Shown here: positions 34,677 through 36,419 of the stretch, one piece after another | How positions within the stretch are numbered: the first letter of the stretch is position 1 | Layout: the number at the start of each line of letters is the position of its first letter | DNA from: Gammaproteobacteria bacterium | GTDB taxonomy: Bacteria > Pseudomonadota > Gammaproteobacteria > JBGSLN01 | Length of the DNA: 36,419 nucleotides | Assembly (NCBI GenBank): GCA_041740675.1 | Contig: JBGSLN010000132.1 | Span: 1-36,419 of the forward strand | Reading direction: 5' to 3' | Program-made: the position numbers and the translations under genes | The notes under the pieces: generated by a model | What the model was told of the DNA's origin: nothing | What the model saw: the letters and a program-made list of their open reading frames with translations, nothing else | The model's database searches: none

Positions 34677-35855
34677 ATGAAAACCGTTAAATTAACTAAA
34701 GATACAGAAAGACGCATCAAAGCAGGTCATTTATGGATCTATAGCAATGAAATAGATACCAAGCAGACACCACTAAAAAATTTCTCTGCGGGTGAATTAG
34801 TTATTATTGAACCTGCTGTTGGCAAAGCATTAGCAATTGGTTATATTAATCCTCAATGTTTATTATGTGTTCGAATATTATCTAAAAATTTACATGAAAA
34901 AATCGACCAAGATTTTTTTGTTAAGCGAATTTTAGCAGCACAGGCGAAACGAAAATTAATTTTTACTGAATCTTATTATCGATTAGTCTTTGGTGAAAGT
35001 GATGCATTGCCAGGGTTAGTGATTGATCAATTTAATGAACTTATTGTTATACAAATTAATACCGCTGGAATGGAGCTATTAAAAAATCATGTGATTGCGG
35101 CAGTACAGGAAGTATTACAGCCAAAAGTTATTCAATTAAAATGTGACAGTTCTGAACTAAAAAAAGAAGGGCTGAATGCTTATAATGAAGTGGTTTATGG
35201 AGAGTTGCCAGAAACCTTGTTAATTCAAGAAAACAATTGCAGTTATAAAATTTCAACACCTGTAGGTCAAAAAACCGGATGGTTTTTTGACCATCGATTT
35301 AGCAGACAACAAATTGCTCGATATTGCCAAAATAAACGAGTACTCGATATTTTCAGTTATACCGGTGCATTTGCGATGCCATGCGCAAAAGCCGGCGCAA
35401 AAGAACTCTTTTGCATTGATAGTTCTGCTCTTGCTTTAGAAGTATTACATGAAAATGCAACTCTAAATCAATTTAATAATATTAAAACCTTGCAAGGTGA
35501 TGCATTAGCAACGATGGAATCATTGTTACAACAGGGTGAAAAATTTGATGTCATTATTTTAGATCCACCTGCTTTGATCAAAAAGAAAAAAGATTTAGTT
35601 GCGGGCAGTAAAATGTATCAAAAATTAAATGAAGCAGCATTAAATTTGTTAAATCATAATGGTATATTACTCTCAGCTTCTTGTTCAATGCAATTATCTG
35701 CCCCCGAATTATTAAATATTATTCGTCGAGCGAGTATTGCAACTGGATTTGAATTATCAATCTTAGAGCAATGTCACCAAGCAGCGGATCATCCAATTCA
35801 TCCTGCAATTGCCGAAACACAATATTTGAAAGGGTATATTGCCCACAAATTGTAA
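34677..35855 (+). CDS. rlmI: Class I SAM-dependent rRNA (cytosine-C5) methyltransferase, RlmI-like
   Basis: The N-terminal PUA-like segment reads RIKAGHLWIYSNEI, the SAM-binding segment reads VLDIFSYTGAF, and DVIILDPP and LLSASCS motifs follow. The protein is 392 aa. Confidence 0.8.
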   Translation: MKTVKLTKDTERRIKAGHLWIYSNEIDTKQTPLKNFSAGELVIIEPAVGKALAIGYINPQCLLCVRILSKNLHEKIDQDFFVKRILAAQAKRKLIFTESYYRLVFGESDALPGLVIDQFNELIVIQINTAGMELLKNHVIAAVQEVLQPKVIQLKCDSSELKKEGLNAYNEVVYGELPETLLIQENNCSYKISTPVGQKTGWFFDHRFSRQQIARYCQNKRVLDIFSYTGAFAMPCAKAGAKELFCIDSSALALEVLHENATLNQFNNIKTLQGDALATMESLLQQGEKFDVIILDPPALIKKKKDLVAGSKMYQKLNEAALNLLNHNGILLSASCSMQLSAPELLNIIRRASIATGFELSILEQCHQAADHPIHPAIAETQYLKGYIAHKL

Positions 35856-36004
35856 ATCAACGGTGTAATTGCATAGCTGAAGTTTTATTTCAGACTGTTG
35901 AGGATCATCCAGTAGCTGTAAATTTATATTAGAAGCCTCCGGTTGCAGCAAGTGCAGAAACCCGTGTTTGCAAGGGTTGTTACTACGGAATTTAAGATAT
36001 AAAT

Positions 36005-36418
36005 TTAACTACTACAATTCACCATGACTGGCCTGCACTGTTGTGTTTCTTCAGGAACATAGGTTGGTAAATTATTTCCTTCGATGAACTTGGTTAATGA
36101 GGAAGCTTCGGTTTCAATGCAAATTTGCAATGCTTTAATTCGGACATGGTTAGGATCATTTGTTATTGCTAATGCTAAATAATTTTGTATTTCTCCGTGA
36201 ATTTCCATTAAAGCCATATACCTATCTCGATAGGTTGCATTGGGAGATAATTTAATATAAGCATCTCGTGCTGCCTCTAGATATTTAAGTTCATTGCGAT
36301 ATTTAATTGAAGTAAAAAATCCGACACTCCAATTAATGATAAATGCATGTCGACTTTCACTAGTTTCTAGCTTTAATTGTTCAGAAGATTCTCTTATTAA
36401 TACACAACCTAATTTACA
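36005..36418 (-). CDS. Partial hypothetical protein (3' part; the N-terminus lies beyond the window end)
   Basis: The track lists only 36005-36217, but by my hand translation the same minus-strand frame stays open to the window edge (..CKLGCVLIRESSEQLKLETSESRHAFIINWSVGFFTSIKYRNELKYLEAARDAYIKLSPNATYRDRYMALMEIHG..). No family is recognised. Confidence 0.5.
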   Translation of the reverse strand, partial: CKLGCVLIRESSEQLKLETSESRHAFIINWSVGFFTSIKYRNELKYLEAARDAYIKLSPNATYRDRYMALMEIHGEIQNYLALAITNDPNHVRIKALQICIETEASSLTKFIEGNNLPTYVPEETQQCRPVMVNCSS

Positions 36419-36419
36419 T

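Noticed and set aside
2208-35951. Many 60-126-aa ORFs in the six-frame track lie inside, and mostly antisense to, longer motif-bearing genes. They are 2208-2468, 3480-3674, 10181-10426, 10444-10665, 10763-10948, 13180-13374, 14185-14459, 14728-14946, 16013-16252, 17579-17770, 20244-20444, 22333-22829, 25136-25537, 28224-28406, 29499-29681, 29923-30111, 30217-30486, 32514-32717, 34256-34477 and 35763-35951.
   Set aside because: Each is fully or largely nested in a longer ORF that has clear family motifs. Their translations are low-complexity or mirror-image hydrophobic strings with no SD or recognisable motif. This is typical of spurious shadow ORFs.
1-36419. A search by eye for tRNA/rRNA genes, CRISPR arrays, IS elements, integrases, toxin-antitoxin pairs and known defence-system genes
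   Set aside because: None was found. I saw no T-loop-like GGTTCGAATCC-type sequences, no regularly spaced direct repeats and no transposase or recombinase motifs in any ORF.

Overview
This is an AT-rich, gene-dense chromosomal window with short or overlapping gene junctions. I saw no rRNA, tRNA, CRISPR array, IS element or integrase. The gene content points to an intracellular, amoeba-associated gammaproteobacterium of the Legionella/Legionellales type: an ankyrin-repeat protein, a two-repeat PQ-loop transporter, a eukaryotic-type thiamine pyrophosphokinase, a MATCAP/DUF1704-like peptidase and large orphan proteins. That taxonomic call is an inference from composition and content only.

All functional calls come from motifs I can read in the translated ORFs. 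No database search was possible.

I support about 36 CDS:
- a POT transporter-queF-pentapeptide operon
- an MscS/PQ-loop/TPK string
- an RND pump pair
- two MFS pumps
- ubiA
- two lytic transglycosylases
- a redox trio (Nu-class GST, GPx, MsrB)
- a LysR-headed three-gene operon
- an atypical LuxR-type regulator
- a GNAT and an RlmI-like methyltransferase
- one clearly decayed gene, an AAA_14/DUF4143 ATPase that is frameshifted and truncated
- one GNAT cut short by an in-frame TGA at a position where I recall a conserved Trp

The best candidate for an uncharacterised system is the translationally coupled four-gene minus-strand operon at 8046-12159. It encodes a papain/C39-like Cys peptidase, a RimK-type ATP-grasp ligase with an N-terminal extension, a GCS2-type carboxylate-amine ligase and an FGase-type amidohydrolase. 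That is two amide-bond ligases plus two amide-bond hydrolases with no obvious substrate gene. A MATCAP-like HExxxH carboxypeptidase (QEGLA protein) sits about 6 kb away, directly behind an RND pump, and could be functionally related.
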